A DNA stretch of 64,000 bases from an uncultured Nitrososphaeraceae archaeon (GCA_963825865.1 CAWGVG010000036.1:64001-128000), one strand, 5' to 3'; numbered from the stretch's first letter, positions 36,012 through 48,080 are shown. Notes: generated by a model from the letters alone, not told the origin. Made by a program: numbers and translations.

Positions 36012-38224
36012 CTAAACAAACTTCTTAAGCAGCACAGAGTTCCCAAAGACTGCAGAGTCACTTATGACCCATCCCAGTGCTGCTAATGCTGGCGTAAGGA
36101 CAAGGGAGTTTGTAATACCATATAATAGTCCAGGCAGCTATTGATATTGTTACAACATTATATGTAAAGGACATAGCTAAATTCTGTTTTATCTTTTTCA
36201 TAGAGTATTTAGCTAATTTTAAAGTATAAACAATTTGATTTAGATCGCTTTTCATTAGTATTATGTGTCCTGACGACAACGCAACATCTGTTCCAGAGCC
36301 TATTGCTATTCCTATATCTGCTGTGGTTAGTGCTGGTGCATCATTTATCCCATCGCCAACCATTGCTACTACTACTTTCTTTGCTTGGTTTTGTTGCAGC
36401 TTTTTAATTTCTAAGGCCTTTGATTCAGGTGAAACTTGAGCCAACACTGTTGTTATGCCAAGCTCTTTGGCGATGGCATTAGCAGTTGTTTTATTGTCTC
36501 CGCTCATAAGTATAACTTCCTTTTTCATATTGTATTGAATTTTATCAATTACCTGTTTTGCATTTTCTCTTAATATATCGGCTACAGCTATCAAACCAGC
36601 TAGTTTATCTTCAACAAAAACAGTAACAACAGTTTTACCTTCTGATTCAAGCTCAGTAATTTTTTGTTGTTGTTGCAGCTTTTCATGAACTGCTTCTGCT
36701 CTTGTTATTATCATTCTGTTGTTGATATTATTATTGTCCTCATCATCATCTTTTCTAAAATTGCCAATGAATATTCTTTTTTCCAAGTATGTTGCAAGGA
36801 CTCCATGGCCAGTTAGTGAATTAAAGTCAGAAACTTTCAATATGGGAATTGATTTTTCATATGCCTTTCTCACTATGGATTGTGCAATCGGATGTTCTGA
36901 CTTTATCTCAGTAGATGCTGCTAACTGCAAAATCTCAAATTCACTGTATCCGTTAATTGGGATTACATCTGTTACTTCTGGCTTTCCTTTTGTAAGAGTG
37001 CCTGTCTTATCAAATACTATGGTGTCTACAGACGATAATTTTTCCAAGTATTGTCCGCCCTTTATTAATACACCTTCTTTTGCTGCCTTGTCTATTCCTA
37101 AGGATATTACCATTGGAGTAGCTATTCCTAAAGCACAAGGACATGAGACAACAAGTATTGTGGCAAAGACAGTTATAGCAAAAGAAATAGGCTGGTGTGC
37201 CACGAAAAGCCAATAAAGTGAAGAACCAAGTGCAATAGAAAGTACAATTGGGACAAAATAGCGAACCGCTCTATCTGCAATCCTCTGTACTGGTGCTTTT
37301 GACATTCTTGCTTTCTTTACCATGTCAATTATGCTTGCAAGTACAGTATGGCTGCCCACATTGGTTGCTTTGAATTGAAGATATCCGTTTTTGTTAATTG
37401 TACCACCAATAACTTTATCACCCATTTTCTTATCTATTGGTATTGATTCTCCTGTAATCATAGATTCATCTACTGAGGATTCACCATGTACTACTATGCC
37501 ATCCGTAGCAATCTTTTCCCCTGGTTTGACAATAACTATATCTCTAGCGACAATATCGTCAGAATTAATTATTACTTGCTCTTCTTCTTTTCCTTTGATA
37601 TTTCTTCTAATTACCGTAGCTTTTTTAGGCTTTAGAGCAAGCAAGTTTCTTAGTGATTCAGATGTTGTTTTTAGAACTCTGCTTTCGAGGTATTCACCTA
37701 TTGTAAAAATAGTCAAGACCGAAGCTGATGCCTCGAAGAATAGTAAGTCAGATCCTGCTAACAGATTTACCAAGCTATAGCCGTATGCTACACTTGTAAC
37801 TCAACACAACCAGTGTGTCCGTAGTAAAACCTTTTCTTTGTTTTATTGTTCTATAGAATCGGAGATAGAATGGTTTTCCCAGAATAAATTGAACTGGAGT
37901 TGCTAAAGCTAGCGCTATAATATAGTCTGTTACGATAGAATGATAAGAAAGCAATTCGAGCAATACTATCGGTATAGTCAGAGCAAGTCCGATAACAATT
38001 AGTAATTTAGGATTGCTTAACCTCCGTTCATTATCTTTGCCCTGATGTTCTTGGTTAAACTCTTGTCCTTTTTCTTCTGTCGATGTTTCTGACGCAATTA
38101 TATTGCTACAACAACAGTCGCAACTAGTATCATTATTAGTATTATTGTTATTCCTGCCACCACCACCAACTTCTTTCGCTTTTTTTTCTTCTTTTATTAC
38201 TATTTTGTCATCAAGTTTTTTCAT
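36012..38224 (-). CDS. Heavy-metal P1B-type ATPase (frameshifts near 37790 and 36130)
   Basis: TGES, CPCALGIATP, DKTGT, SEHP, GDGINDAP, YN; shifted frame gives the last helix LGWVISDSAVFGNS. Confidence 0.92.
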
Positions 38225-38248
38225 TTTCTTAAATCTCCATGGAAAATA

Positions 38249-38596
38249 TTAGGATTTTTCTTCATTATAGTTTACACAAGCATAGATACCATTTGCTATC
38301 TCCGATAAAGTCGCATCACTTTCTTCCAATAGTTTTGAAACTTTTTTGTTTCCTAGACTATAGAATATGTTCTTTCCCTGTCTTCTATTTTTAACAAGTC
38401 CGCAATCTAGTAAACAGGCCAAGTGATTTGATACATTAGATTGGCTGTGACCAGTTTCCTTAACTATTTGCGATGTGGCTTTTTCACCTTCCCGTAATGA
38501 TTCAAGAATGGCAAGCCTTGTCGAATCCCCCAGACCTCTGAATAACTTTGCCTTTAAACCAAGCTTTTGGAGATGTATTGATACATTATTAGTCAA
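38249..38596 (-). CDS. ArsR/SmtB metalloregulator, CmtR-like
   Basis: LFRGLGDSTRLAIL...SNHLACLLDCGLV...C-terminal Cys; directly upstream of the ATPase. Confidence 0.9.
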   Translation of the reverse strand: MTNNVSIHLQKLGLKAKLFRGLGDSTRLAILESLREGEKATSQIVKETGHSQSNVSNHLACLLDCGLVKNRRQGKNIFYSLGNKKVSKLLEESDATLSEIANGIYACVNYNEEKS

Positions 38597-38952
38597 TGAT
38601 TTGTTAATTTGTTAATATGATAGATAAATGTATCTGAGATAATTTGTAGAAAAACATGATAAAATAGTTTATGTAACAACAATCAATACTACTATTCCTA
38701 TTATAGGTTCGAGACTCTTATCATTGAATCGATTAGTATATCTTGTTACTACTCAATAAAAAAGAAAAGAAATGAAAAATGATAAAGGCTAAGAAAATTT
38801 TAGTCACTCTCTTTTTCTTCATTCTTGCTGGATTCTTCGAAATAGGCGGGAGTTATTTGATATTGCTGTGACTACGAGAAGAGAGGGGGATGGCTTCTTG
38901 ATATGATTGGAGGATGAATAAACTATCCAATCATGTTAGGTAATGCAACGGT

Positions 38953-39214
38953 ATGACACACCACAAAAGGCCAGAATTGGCAAAAAAGATTGGCAAGAAT
39001 TGAAGGTCATGTTAAAGGTATTAGGAAAATGATCGATGAAGATAAGAGCTATTCAGACATAGTACAGCAAATATCTGCTGTTCGAGCAGCATTGGATGGT
39101 GTAATAGAGGTTATGGTTCAAGACTTAGTTGAGTATTACGTTAGCCAAACAGCAGATAATAAAGGGAAGAATATAGCTATCAAATTAAAGGATACAGTTT
39201 CAAGGATTCTCTAA
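38953..39214 (+). CDS. CsoR/RcnR-family repressor-like protein (poly-A frameshift near 38985)
   Basis: MTHHKRPELAK / RLARIEGHVKGIRKMI...QISAVRAAL. Confidence 0.85.
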
Positions 39215-39457
39215 CTTACCGTTATACATCGCTTTAACAATCCTTGTTTCAATATGCGTGAAATATTTATACTCACTGATTGATAGAAATATTTATTTTC
39301 CCAATTCAAAGTACGTCTATCTTCTGTAATTGATGAATGTCTTATCTTTATTGTATCATGTGCATGTGCTTCAATCCTACAAACCATTATGCTTCTTCGA
39401 AGTCTTTTGCTAGAGTTAAAAGAATAATTAGATCAAGGTTTATGACAATGTTGCCCA

Positions 39458-39790
39458 ATGGTATACAAAATAACTCCAAAAGAACTGCAAGGAAGAAAAG
39501 ATGAATACATGATAGTAGATGTACGAGAAGCCGATGAAATGGAGGAAGGCAAGATAGAAGGAGCAGTCAATATGCCACTAGGACAGCTAATAAGGAAGGC
39601 AAGGCATGGGGATCTGAATGATCTTAAGAGTAAGAAAATTGTTACTTACTGTTCTGGTGGATATAGAGGAAATATGGCTGCAGATGAGTTAACCAGGCAA
39701 GGATTTGATGCTGTAACTATTGAAGGAGGATATTCTGCTTGGAAAGATGGGGAAAAGAAAAATGAGGACAGTAGCAATAGCAATAAGTGA
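39458..39790 (+). CDS. Single-domain rhodanese (sulfurtransferase)
   Basis: IVDVRE...GKIEGAVNMP, YCSGGYR, IEGGYSAW. Confidence 0.92.
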   Translation: MVYKITPKELQGRKDEYMIVDVREADEMEEGKIEGAVNMPLGQLIRKARHGDLNDLKSKKIVTYCSGGYRGNMAADELTRQGFDAVTIEGGYSAWKDGEKKNEDSSNSNK

Positions 39791-40408
39791 AGTCTGGAAT
39801 GAAGTCTACAAATCAGACAGCACTTTCTTTGGAGAGGAACCTAGCAACTTTGCCTTGCTTTGTTTTAATCATATGAAAATGAACAATGCAAAGAAAGTAT
39901 TATTGGAGTTGGGAGCCGGCCACGGCAGAGATGCAACTTTTTTGCGTCAAATGGAATTGAAGAAGAGGCATTAGACTATTCTGTCATTGCCATTGAGATA
40001 CTAGATAAAATAGCAAAGGAAAAAAGGCTGCCAATAAAACCACAAATCTTTGATGTTAGAAAGCCGCTTCCATTTACAGATGACTATTTTGATGTGGTAT
40101 ATTCACATATGCTACTTAACATGAAGTTTTCACTAGACGAGCTTCATTTTATATTTTCAGAAATGAGGAGAGTGCTAAAACCAAAAGGTTTGAACTTTTT
40201 TTCTGTCAGAAACCACAATGACAAATCCTATGGCAAAGGTGTAGAGATAGACAAAGGAATCTATGATATATATGGCTTTGAAATCAGATTCTTTACAGAA
40301 AAGGAGATTCAAGGTTTGGCAGCAGAAGGAGGCTTTCAAATACTCTGGATAAGAAAAGAATATGAAGAGCCAGTTACGCTTTATTTTGTATCCAACAGAA
40401 AAATGTGA
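39762..40408 (+). CDS. Class I SAM-dependent methyltransferase (frameshifted)
   Basis: FFGEEPS, LELGAGHGRD, ALDYS, FDVVYSHMLL, RRVLKPKG. Confidence 0.8.
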
Positions 40409-40578
40409 ATGAAACAATTTTTCTTTGTCTTTTTTTATGCATAAAATGTTCTATGTGAAGCTTTTTATGAACATAATTCTCGCGAATCTATCCATTCATC
40501 CAACGGCATCTACCCACCAAGGCCAATAGTGCTTGCAATTGGTGTATGATGGTTACTCATTCAATACTACTTTTTTTA

Positions 40579-40782
40579 CTACTTCCTTTTTTTGGCTGCT
40601 TTATTACGGTTATCTGTGTCTCTACTACTACTACTACTGCCAATATAATTCTCAATAGCTCTTAGAATATACCTGCTCCTAGGAATATCGCCACGTTTTT
40701 TGTCGATCCTCTGTATTATTGATTTAGGTAAAGTGATTCCTAGTTTTACAGTCTTATCCATTGCAATAGTGCCACCTGTCAT
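40579..40782 (-). CDS. Ribbon-helix-helix DNA-binding protein, paralog of 8514-8708
   Basis: TVKLGITLPKSIIQRIDKKRGDIPRSRYILRAIE. Confidence 0.75.
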   Translation of the reverse strand: MTGGTIAMDKTVKLGITLPKSIIQRIDKKRGDIPRSRYILRAIENYIGSSSSSRDTDNRNKAAKKRK

Positions 40783-41304
40783 ACTAGTAGTATAGAGATC
40801 TATCTACTCATATCTAAAGGATCCAGATAAGAATTATATTACATTATTATAATTAATTCACCTAAGAACATTAAAAAATGACACTAACTACTATACAAAA
40901 GTTCATCTTCTTTTAAAATTCTATGTAGTAGTAGGTCGGCAGCCTGACTGGAGTTTATACACCCGTCTTGCATTCTAGGAAAAGTGGTAAACAAAAATAC
41001 AAAAGATAATAATAATAGTGATATCTGTATTGAAAAAGTAATAAAGCTAATTATTATTTATAATTTTTTGCTATATTGAATAATAAATATATATTTAATT
41101 TTATCCTAGTTTTATATCAAAGAGATATTATATTTTATTGGTTTGTCTCTCTTTCTTCTATTTCTCTCTTAAAATATTCGAGATTCTTAAATTTTTTTCC
41201 TCTTATACATATATAAATGATCTTTTAGAATTATTTTGCTTCACTCTTTTTAAAGCTTAAAACTAAAATATATATTCGGATATTGATCTTCAAATTGTCT
41301 GTAT

Positions 41305-41484
41305 ATGTCTAAACCCTTGCAATTACCTGTCTGTACCTCCTGCAACAGACCTATAATGCCTAATGACGAGTGTGTAAAATATTATTGCCCTAACTGCGGC
41401 TATGTTTTAATTTGGAGGTGTCAAAGCTGCCGTGAATTTGCTAGAGTTTACAAATGTGTAGGGTGCGGATTTGAGGGTCCTTAG
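41305..41484 (+). CDS. DUF1610/HVO_2753-type zinc-ribbon protein (59 aa, absent from the ORF track)
   Basis: CTSC...CPNCG..IWRCQSCR...YKCVGCGFEGP*; usual position upstream of EF-1beta. Confidence 0.92.
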   Translation: MSKPLQLPVCTSCNRPIMPNDECVKYYCPNCGYVLIWRCQSCREFARVYKCVGCGFEGP

Positions 41485-41541
41485 AAATGACATCGCCATC
41501 ATCCATCACCATCATCATCGCATAGCAATAGCCGTCGTCTC

Positions 41542-41808
41542 GTGGCAAGAATTAGGATTCTACCGGCTGAATCTGATTCCAACTTGGATAGTGTTGTCAC
41601 GAATCTAAAGGACAAGATTCCAAAGGGTATGGAGCTCAAAGCTCATGCAAAAGAACCAATTGCCTTTGGTTTAAATGCAATCATTGGAGATTTTTTGATA
41701 GATGACGAAGAAGGTCAAATGGACAAGTTAGAAGATTCAATAAAAAGTATAGAAGGAGTTGGCCAAATAGAGGTAATTAACATAAGCAGGCAGTCTATAA
41801 GAATATGA
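41542..41808 (+). CDS. ef1b: Translation elongation factor 1-beta
   Basis: EPIAFGLNA motif, size and gene context. Confidence 0.92.
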   Translation: MARIRILPAESDSNLDSVVTNLKDKIPKGMELKAHAKEPIAFGLNAIIGDFLIDDEEGQMDKLEDSIKSIEGVGQIEVINISRQSIRI

Positions 41809-41913
41809 AATAAAATAAAAAATATAAAATATGATAAACAAAAACTACCACCACTACCACCATTACCGCCTCGGCCAGTACCATGGGACAGTGACGGAGG
41901 TTACCAGTAGCTT

Positions 41914-44129
41914 TTGAAAAAATCTCATGGAAGCAGTGGTGGCGATGAATCATCATCATCACGGAAAATTCAATTAAGAGTGGCTGAAGCAAAACATAGA
42001 GATGTAGGTAAACGCAGAGCACGAATTGACCCTGAAGCCATGGATAGACTTGGGATTGAGGCAGGTGAAGTTATTGAACTAGTTGGCAAACGCACGACTG
42101 CTGTAACTGCCTGGCCTGCTGATGAAGAAGAAAAGGAGACTGATATTATTCGAATGGATGGCCAGACAAGGAAGAATGCCGGTGTTGGTCTAAATGATCA
42201 GCTGGTGGTAAGGAAGATTGAATCAAAAACTGCAAAAGTTGTGGTTTTAATGCCTTTGGTAAGTAGCGAGCATTTCTGTTGATAAAGAATTCTGCGAATT
42301 TGTAAAAAATAGGCTCAGAGGTTTTCCAGTTAACGAAGGTGATGAAATATCGGTAGTAATTTTAGGAAATCCAATGGATTTTCGTATTGAAAGAGTAACG
42401 CCACATGCAATTGTAAAGATCGAACGCTCAACCAAGTTGAATATAATGTCAGAAACTGTTGTTGATAAAAAACCTCGAGTGACTTATGAGGAGATTGGTG
42501 GATTAAAAGATCAGATTAAGCGACTCAGAGAAATAGTCGAATTACCTTTAAGACATCCTGAGGTTTTTGCAAGGCTTGGTATTGAACCTCACAGTGGTAT
42601 ACTCATGTACGGTTCTCCTGGCTGTGGAAAGACACTGATTGCAAAGGCGCTTGCATCCGAATCAGAAGCAAATTTCTATATTATAAATGGTCCAGAAATT
42701 GTGAACAAGTACTACGGCGAAACAGAAGCTAGATTGCGGGATATTTTTAAAGAAGCGAGGGATTCTGCACCCAGTATCATATTTATTGATGAAATTGATG
42801 CCATAGCTCCAAAGAGAGAAGAAGCCTTTGGTGATGTTGAGAAAAGGGTTGTAGCACAATTGCTTGCGCTTATGGATGGAATGTCAGAACGTGGAAATGT
42901 GATAGTGCTTGGGGCGACTAATAGGGCTGAAAGCATTGATCCTGCACTTAGACGTCCAGGTAGATTTGACAGGGAGATTGAAATTGGTGTTCCAAACGTT
43001 GAAGGAAGGCTGGAAATTCTTCAAATCCATACCAGGGGAATGCCTCTTGCCGAAGACATCGATCTAACAGAATTATCGTCTGGGCTGTATGGATATACTG
43101 GTGCAGACATCAAGGCTTTATGCAGAGAAGCGGCAATGAAAGCCCTCAGGCGCTACTTGCCAGAGATCGATTTAGAAGGAGACAAAGTTTCACCAGATAC
43201 GCTCGAGACAATTGAGATTACGAACAGAGATTTCAAAGAAGGGATGAAGGAGATTATTCCAACTGCAATGAGAGAATTTTACGTTGAAGTTGCACGAGTT
43301 AAATGGAATGATGTGGGCGGGTTATATGATGCAAAACGAACGTTGTATGACAATCTTATTACTGCTATCAAAGAGCCTGAAAGTTTCGTCAAAATGGGTA
43401 TCAAACCGCCAAGAGGAGCGCTATTATTTGGTCCTCCTGGCTGTCGGCAAGACCTTGATTGCAAAATCTCTGGCAACTGAGAGCAATGCTAACATTATAG
43501 TGGTAAGGGGCCCTGAAGTACTATCTAAATGGGTAGGAGAATCTGAAAAGGCAATACGCGAAATTTTTAGAAAGGCAAAGGCCTCTTCGCCATGCGTTGT
43601 AGTATTTGACGAACTTGACTCTCTTGCTAGACCTAGAGGGGGTGAAGACGATATGTCAGGGAATGAAAGGGTACTTTCCCAGATTTTAACAGAAATGGAT
43701 GATTCAGGCAGTGCAGAAGTTATAGTGATTGGTATTACAAATAGACCTGACCTTATAGATACATCTATGCTTCGCCCAGGGAGGCTAGACTTGATTTTGT
43801 ATATTGGTCCACCTGATGATAAAGGCCGGCTTGAAATTATGAATATATTGACTTCTCCCATGCCACTAGCAAATGACGTTAATTTAAAAGAAATTTCTCT
43901 ATTATCTACAAAAGGATTCAGCGGTGCAGACCTTGTTGCACTATGCAGAGAGGCAGCTGTTAACGCAATGCGAGGAAAATCAGATATCATCAGTAACTCT
44001 GACTTTGGTAAAGCGTTGCATATGGTAAAGCCCTCTATAACCAAGGATGTAGAAGACTGGTATGAATCTATGAAAAAAAGTGTTACCTATGCAATGCCAA
44101 AACAGATAGACAAGATATTTTATGGATAG
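41914..44129 (+). CDS. cdc48: CDC48/VCP family AAA+ ATPase (frameshifts near 42270 and 43445)
   Basis: N-domain RVAEA..RDVG; D1 [22 protein letters not shown]; D2 GPPG.GKT, FDELD, RPGRLD. Confidence 0.95.
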
Positions 44130-44133
44130 CAAA

Positions 44134-44157
44134 GATAGATAGATAGATAGATAGATA
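44134..44157. repeat. (GATA)6 microsatellite
   Basis: Read directly from the sequence just after the cdc48 stop. Confidence 0.9.
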
Positions 44158-44363
44158 GACAGGCAGCATATACATACATACACACGTTTCATATGTTATG
44201 TCATGCAATGGTAATTTATTATTGGTATTTTACTCATTCTTACACTCAATCACCGTCCTATATAATTGAGAACTTTGCATTAGTTATTTGTCTAATTATC
44301 TGTCTTCAAAAAAAATATAAAAAATTTTGGTTAGAGCCATTATTTTTTTCTGGCTCATATGAA

Positions 44364-44578
44364 TTATGGAATGCAGACTAGCTGTGACGAATTAGTTGCA
44401 GAGCCAACTTTATCTGAGGTTGTCGATGGTGGAGTGTTCCCTTCCCCTTCGACGGGTCTGTTTGGAAACTCAAATAGAGTAGTTGTATGTGGACATGGTG
44501 CTCCTGGATCTCCTTTATCTCCTTTCACTCCCTGGAGTCCCTGGTCGCCTTTATCCCCATAGCTGTTGTATTGTTCAT
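44364..44578 (-). pseudogene. Cassette copy H cargo: MNNTTA start fused out of frame to a collagen-like fragment
   Basis: ATG AAC AAT ACA ACA GCT at 44578; another frame gives GDKGDQGLQGVKGDKGDPGAPCPH...LVCIP*. Confidence 0.6.
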
Positions 44579-44720
44579 ATATTTTCATTACAATGTCATC
44601 TATATATCTGACTTGAGGAAGTTAATGCTGTTTGTTATAACTGACTTATCTAGTATAATTATTGAGAATATCCAAGCAGGTGATGTTATTCACTCATCTA
44701 TTGTCATTAGATATTCTTGA
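44579..44720 (-). promoter_or_regulatory. Cassette upstream element, copy H
   Basis: cattacaatgtcatctatatatctgacttgaggaagttaatgctgtttgttat...tgacttatctag...attgagaatatc. Confidence 0.85.
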
Positions 44721-45398
44721 GAACAAAATTATAAACGAAATATCCTATCGAATCTTTGCTTGGTGTAGATTGTAAGATTTAGATCAATTCATTTTTTAAT
44801 GCTTTAGACTAGAGGATAACACAATTTGCAGCACATTCCACCGAACCTATATCAATATAACTGTCCGTTTGTCTGCACTATGTGATTAATAAATTAGTAA
44901 ACTACGGCCATGTAATTTTTAATATGCAAAGCTGCCAATAATAGTCAGGATCACATCATTTTTAAGAGAAGATATCTTTTTCAGGCTTATAATCCAACTA
45001 TTATTTATATTGCATCATACACTTTAAATGAACAAATACCTGAATATTATTTTTATAAATAATAGAGGAGATATATATATTCAGCACATAGATAGATAGA
45101 TGGAGAGACAGGCAACACAGACACACATACTTCTACACAAAAATAATATACACATGTATATGCACATGTGCAGTAAAGTACTCTGACTAGTGGTAGTTGT
45201 GGAGGAGGGAGGAAGAAGAAGACAAAGATTAAACCGAGTAAAAGTATTTTTGTAGATTATAAATTTTTTATTTTGTTTTATTATTTTTTATTTAAGTGCG
45301 CACAGATATATGTGAAAAAGGAAAGAAAAAATGTTGTGGTAGTAGTAATAAATTACTACCTTACCTGTAGTAACAGTCGCTGCTGTTGTGCTATTCTA

Positions 45399-45680
45399 CT
45401 AACCGCTTTCACTAGTACAGGTTGCGTTTTCGCCAGGGTGTGTGCAGATAACGTTTTCAGCTTCTTGGTCTAGTGTGTTATCAAACCCACTTACTGACCC
45501 TTTTTGTTTGTTTGCCTGGATGGTAACTGTGTTACCATTCTCATTTCCATTATCTCTTCCCTTGTCTCCTTTCTTTTGATAATAAGCAGATGCAGAGTGT
45601 GTTGCTGCGAATGTTACTCCTACTACTAATGTTGCCGCTGTTAAGACAGCAACTATTGCTAGAGTTCTTGTGTTGTTCAT
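45399..45680 (-). CDS. MNNT/ICTHP-family small secreted protein
   Basis: Signal peptide; NGNTVTIQANKQKGSVSGFDNTLDQEAENVICTHPGENATCTSESG. Confidence 0.88.
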   Translation of the reverse strand: MNNTRTLAIVAVLTAATLVVGVTFAATHSASAYYQKKGDKGRDNGNENGNTVTIQANKQKGSVSGFDNTLDQEAENVICTHPGENATCTSESG

Positions 45681-45920
45681 TTAGATTTCGTCACCAACAT
45701 TATGATTTCATCTGTATATTTGACTTGAGGAAGCTAATGCTGTTTTATCTAATATAATTTAGTGCTTACTTATCTAGCATAAGTATTGAGGATATCAAAT
45801 GACATGAAATTACTCATTTATCTATTGATAGTAGATATTCACTATAATTAAATAATAACAAATAAACGCACCACTAACATAGAGTTTTTCTTTTATACTT
45901 TTAAATAAAACACACACTGG
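45681..45920 (-). promoter_or_regulatory. Cassette upstream element, copy I
   Basis: Core motif plus distal caccactaacatagagtttttc...ttttaaataaaacac shared with copies J and L. Confidence 0.85.
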
Positions 45921-46775
45921 TCATCATATCAACACATGATGCAAAATTGTTATAAAATTATATCCTTTAATGGTTAAAGTTATAGTTGAACCCTGGATAT
46001 ATGTTCTTAAGAGTATTGTAAGTCAGTCAATTGGGAATTACGGTAAGCTATTACTTGTCTTTTTGACAAGTTCATCTTATCGTTATAGCTTTAGCTTGCT
46101 ACAGTTTAGTCAGAGGAAGGGAAGAGAGAGTTGTACGACCTTCTAGATAATAATCCTGACATTGTCATATTTTATATGACGCCTTTTTTCGTTGAATATA
46201 TATATATGTAACTAAAAAAATAATACAACACAATAAGAATCCAAACAACATCTTATAAGGACCTAAAAAGACAACATGGTAGTAAAAATGGTAATATGTA
46301 GTTGTTGATACGGTGGAGTAGGTAAACAAACAACACGGAGAGAAAGTGGATTTGATGACGCTCATTCGAGCAAGATGTTCAAAACGTGATATGTACTCAC
46401 CCAAGCGCAGCCCTGTAGGTGAAACATTAACAATACTAATAATACTAGTCACACTAATGACAACAATATCATGATAATGTCTTGCAGGTAATCGTTATGA
46501 TGATGTAAAAATGTCACTCAGGCCTATAGCAATGTTACTCCCCCCACAGAAGAGACAGGCATTGTACCTTGGAAGATCTCCATAGAGTGATGCCCCTAGG
46601 TCCTCATCATATATATGCATACACCCATGTGCGCACAGCAGAGCAGATGTGCCTAGTATCTGTGGAAGAAGAAGCAGACCAAGATAATCAAGCAGGTAAC
46701 AGCTATAAAATAAAAAAAGGTTGTGGTAGTAGTAAAGAACTACCTTCTCATGTAGTAATCGCTACAGCTGCTATT

Positions 46776-47081
46776 CTAGCCGCTTTCTTCTACACACGTG
46801 TCATCTGGATGAGTGCAGATAACATTTGAAGCTTCTTGTTCTAGTGTGTTATCAAATCCACTTACTGACCCTCTTTGTTTGTTTGCCTGGATGGTAACTG
46901 TGTTACCATTTTCATTTCCATTGTCTCTTCCGTCTTTTCCCTTGTTATCTTTTCTATCTTTTCCATTGTCTTTCTTGTAAGCAAATGCTGATGGTGTAGA
47001 TGTTGCTGCGAATGTTACTCCTACTACTAATGTTGCCGCTATTAAGATAGCAACTATTGCTAGAGTTCTTGTGTTGTTCAT
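46776..47081 (-). CDS. MNNT/ICTHP-family small secreted protein
   Basis: 96 of 101 residues identical to 63130-63435. Confidence 0.88.
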   Translation of the reverse strand: MNNTRTLAIVAILIAATLVVGVTFAATSTPSAFAYKKDNGKDRKDNKGKDGRDNGNENGNTVTIQANKQRGSVSGFDNTLEQEASNVICTHPDDTCVEESG

Positions 47082-47312
47082 TTAGATTTCGTCATCAAGC
47101 ATTACGATATCATCTGTATATTTGACTTCAAGAAATTAATGCTGTTTGTTATTACTGACTTATCTAACATAATTATTGAGAATATCAAATGACGTGAATT
47201 TATTCATTTATCTATTGATAGTAGATATTCACTATAATTAAATAATAACAAATAAACGCACCACTAACATAGAGTTTTTCTTTTGTACTTTTAAATAAAA
47301 CGCACACTAGCA
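47082..47312 (-). promoter_or_regulatory. Cassette upstream element, copy J
   Basis: Core motif plus distal extension nearly identical to 45810-45918. Confidence 0.85.
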
Positions 47313-48080
47313 GACTTTGAGTACTATAGTTATAACTAAATGATAATAATAAAAACATATGACAAATTAAAATGTCCAATATGATACTTTTTAAGCTATT
47401 ATGTAATAAAGAAATGAAACTTTGGCTTAGGCCGTCCGTGATGAACATGTGCCTCTAGTGTACATAAGACCTGAGATGTGATAATTACACATCACATGCT
47501 TCATTCGAGCATGCACTCTAACCTAAATTCGTACCCATACATCGTATTTCATATATCAATTCTTAATGTGGCTGTTTTTCCCATCACGTCGTTCTGCGAT
47601 AGTGGTAGTATATTATTGCTTCTTTCTTCTGTTGGGGGATGGCTGATGGTCGTCTTTGACTATTTTTTGTGAATGCATCAAGAATGCATCTCTTTGTTAG
47701 TCTATTGTGCACGGGATATGATGCCACTAGAAGAACACTGATAGGTACTATTCGTAATGGAGTTTGATAATTTGTAAGTAAATCTGTTGCAACTATGCCA
47801 AAGCATTAAGCTTTTATCTTCATATTTTAGAACGCTGATTTGTAAGTTTTCAATAATAATTATAGTAATTTAATAAATATATGCCAATAAACAAGACATG
47901 AATAACACAACTTTGGGATTTATAGGCGAGAAATATACTATTGAGGATACTAAAGAACAACTCATGAAAGTTTCTATAGGCAGGAGCAGAGCTGATACTA
48001 AAAGATAGAGTGGCAAATGTGAAGGAAAAAGGTTTTGCTGTAAAGTTCTCAATATGCAATAATCATGGTTTTCTTCTTGG

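Noticed and set aside
43424-44044. 206-aa minus-strand ORF and similar antisense ORFs (36719-37216, 37391-37780, 2748-3005, 7091-7618)
   Set aside because: They are shadows of real genes on the opposite strand and have no motifs of their own
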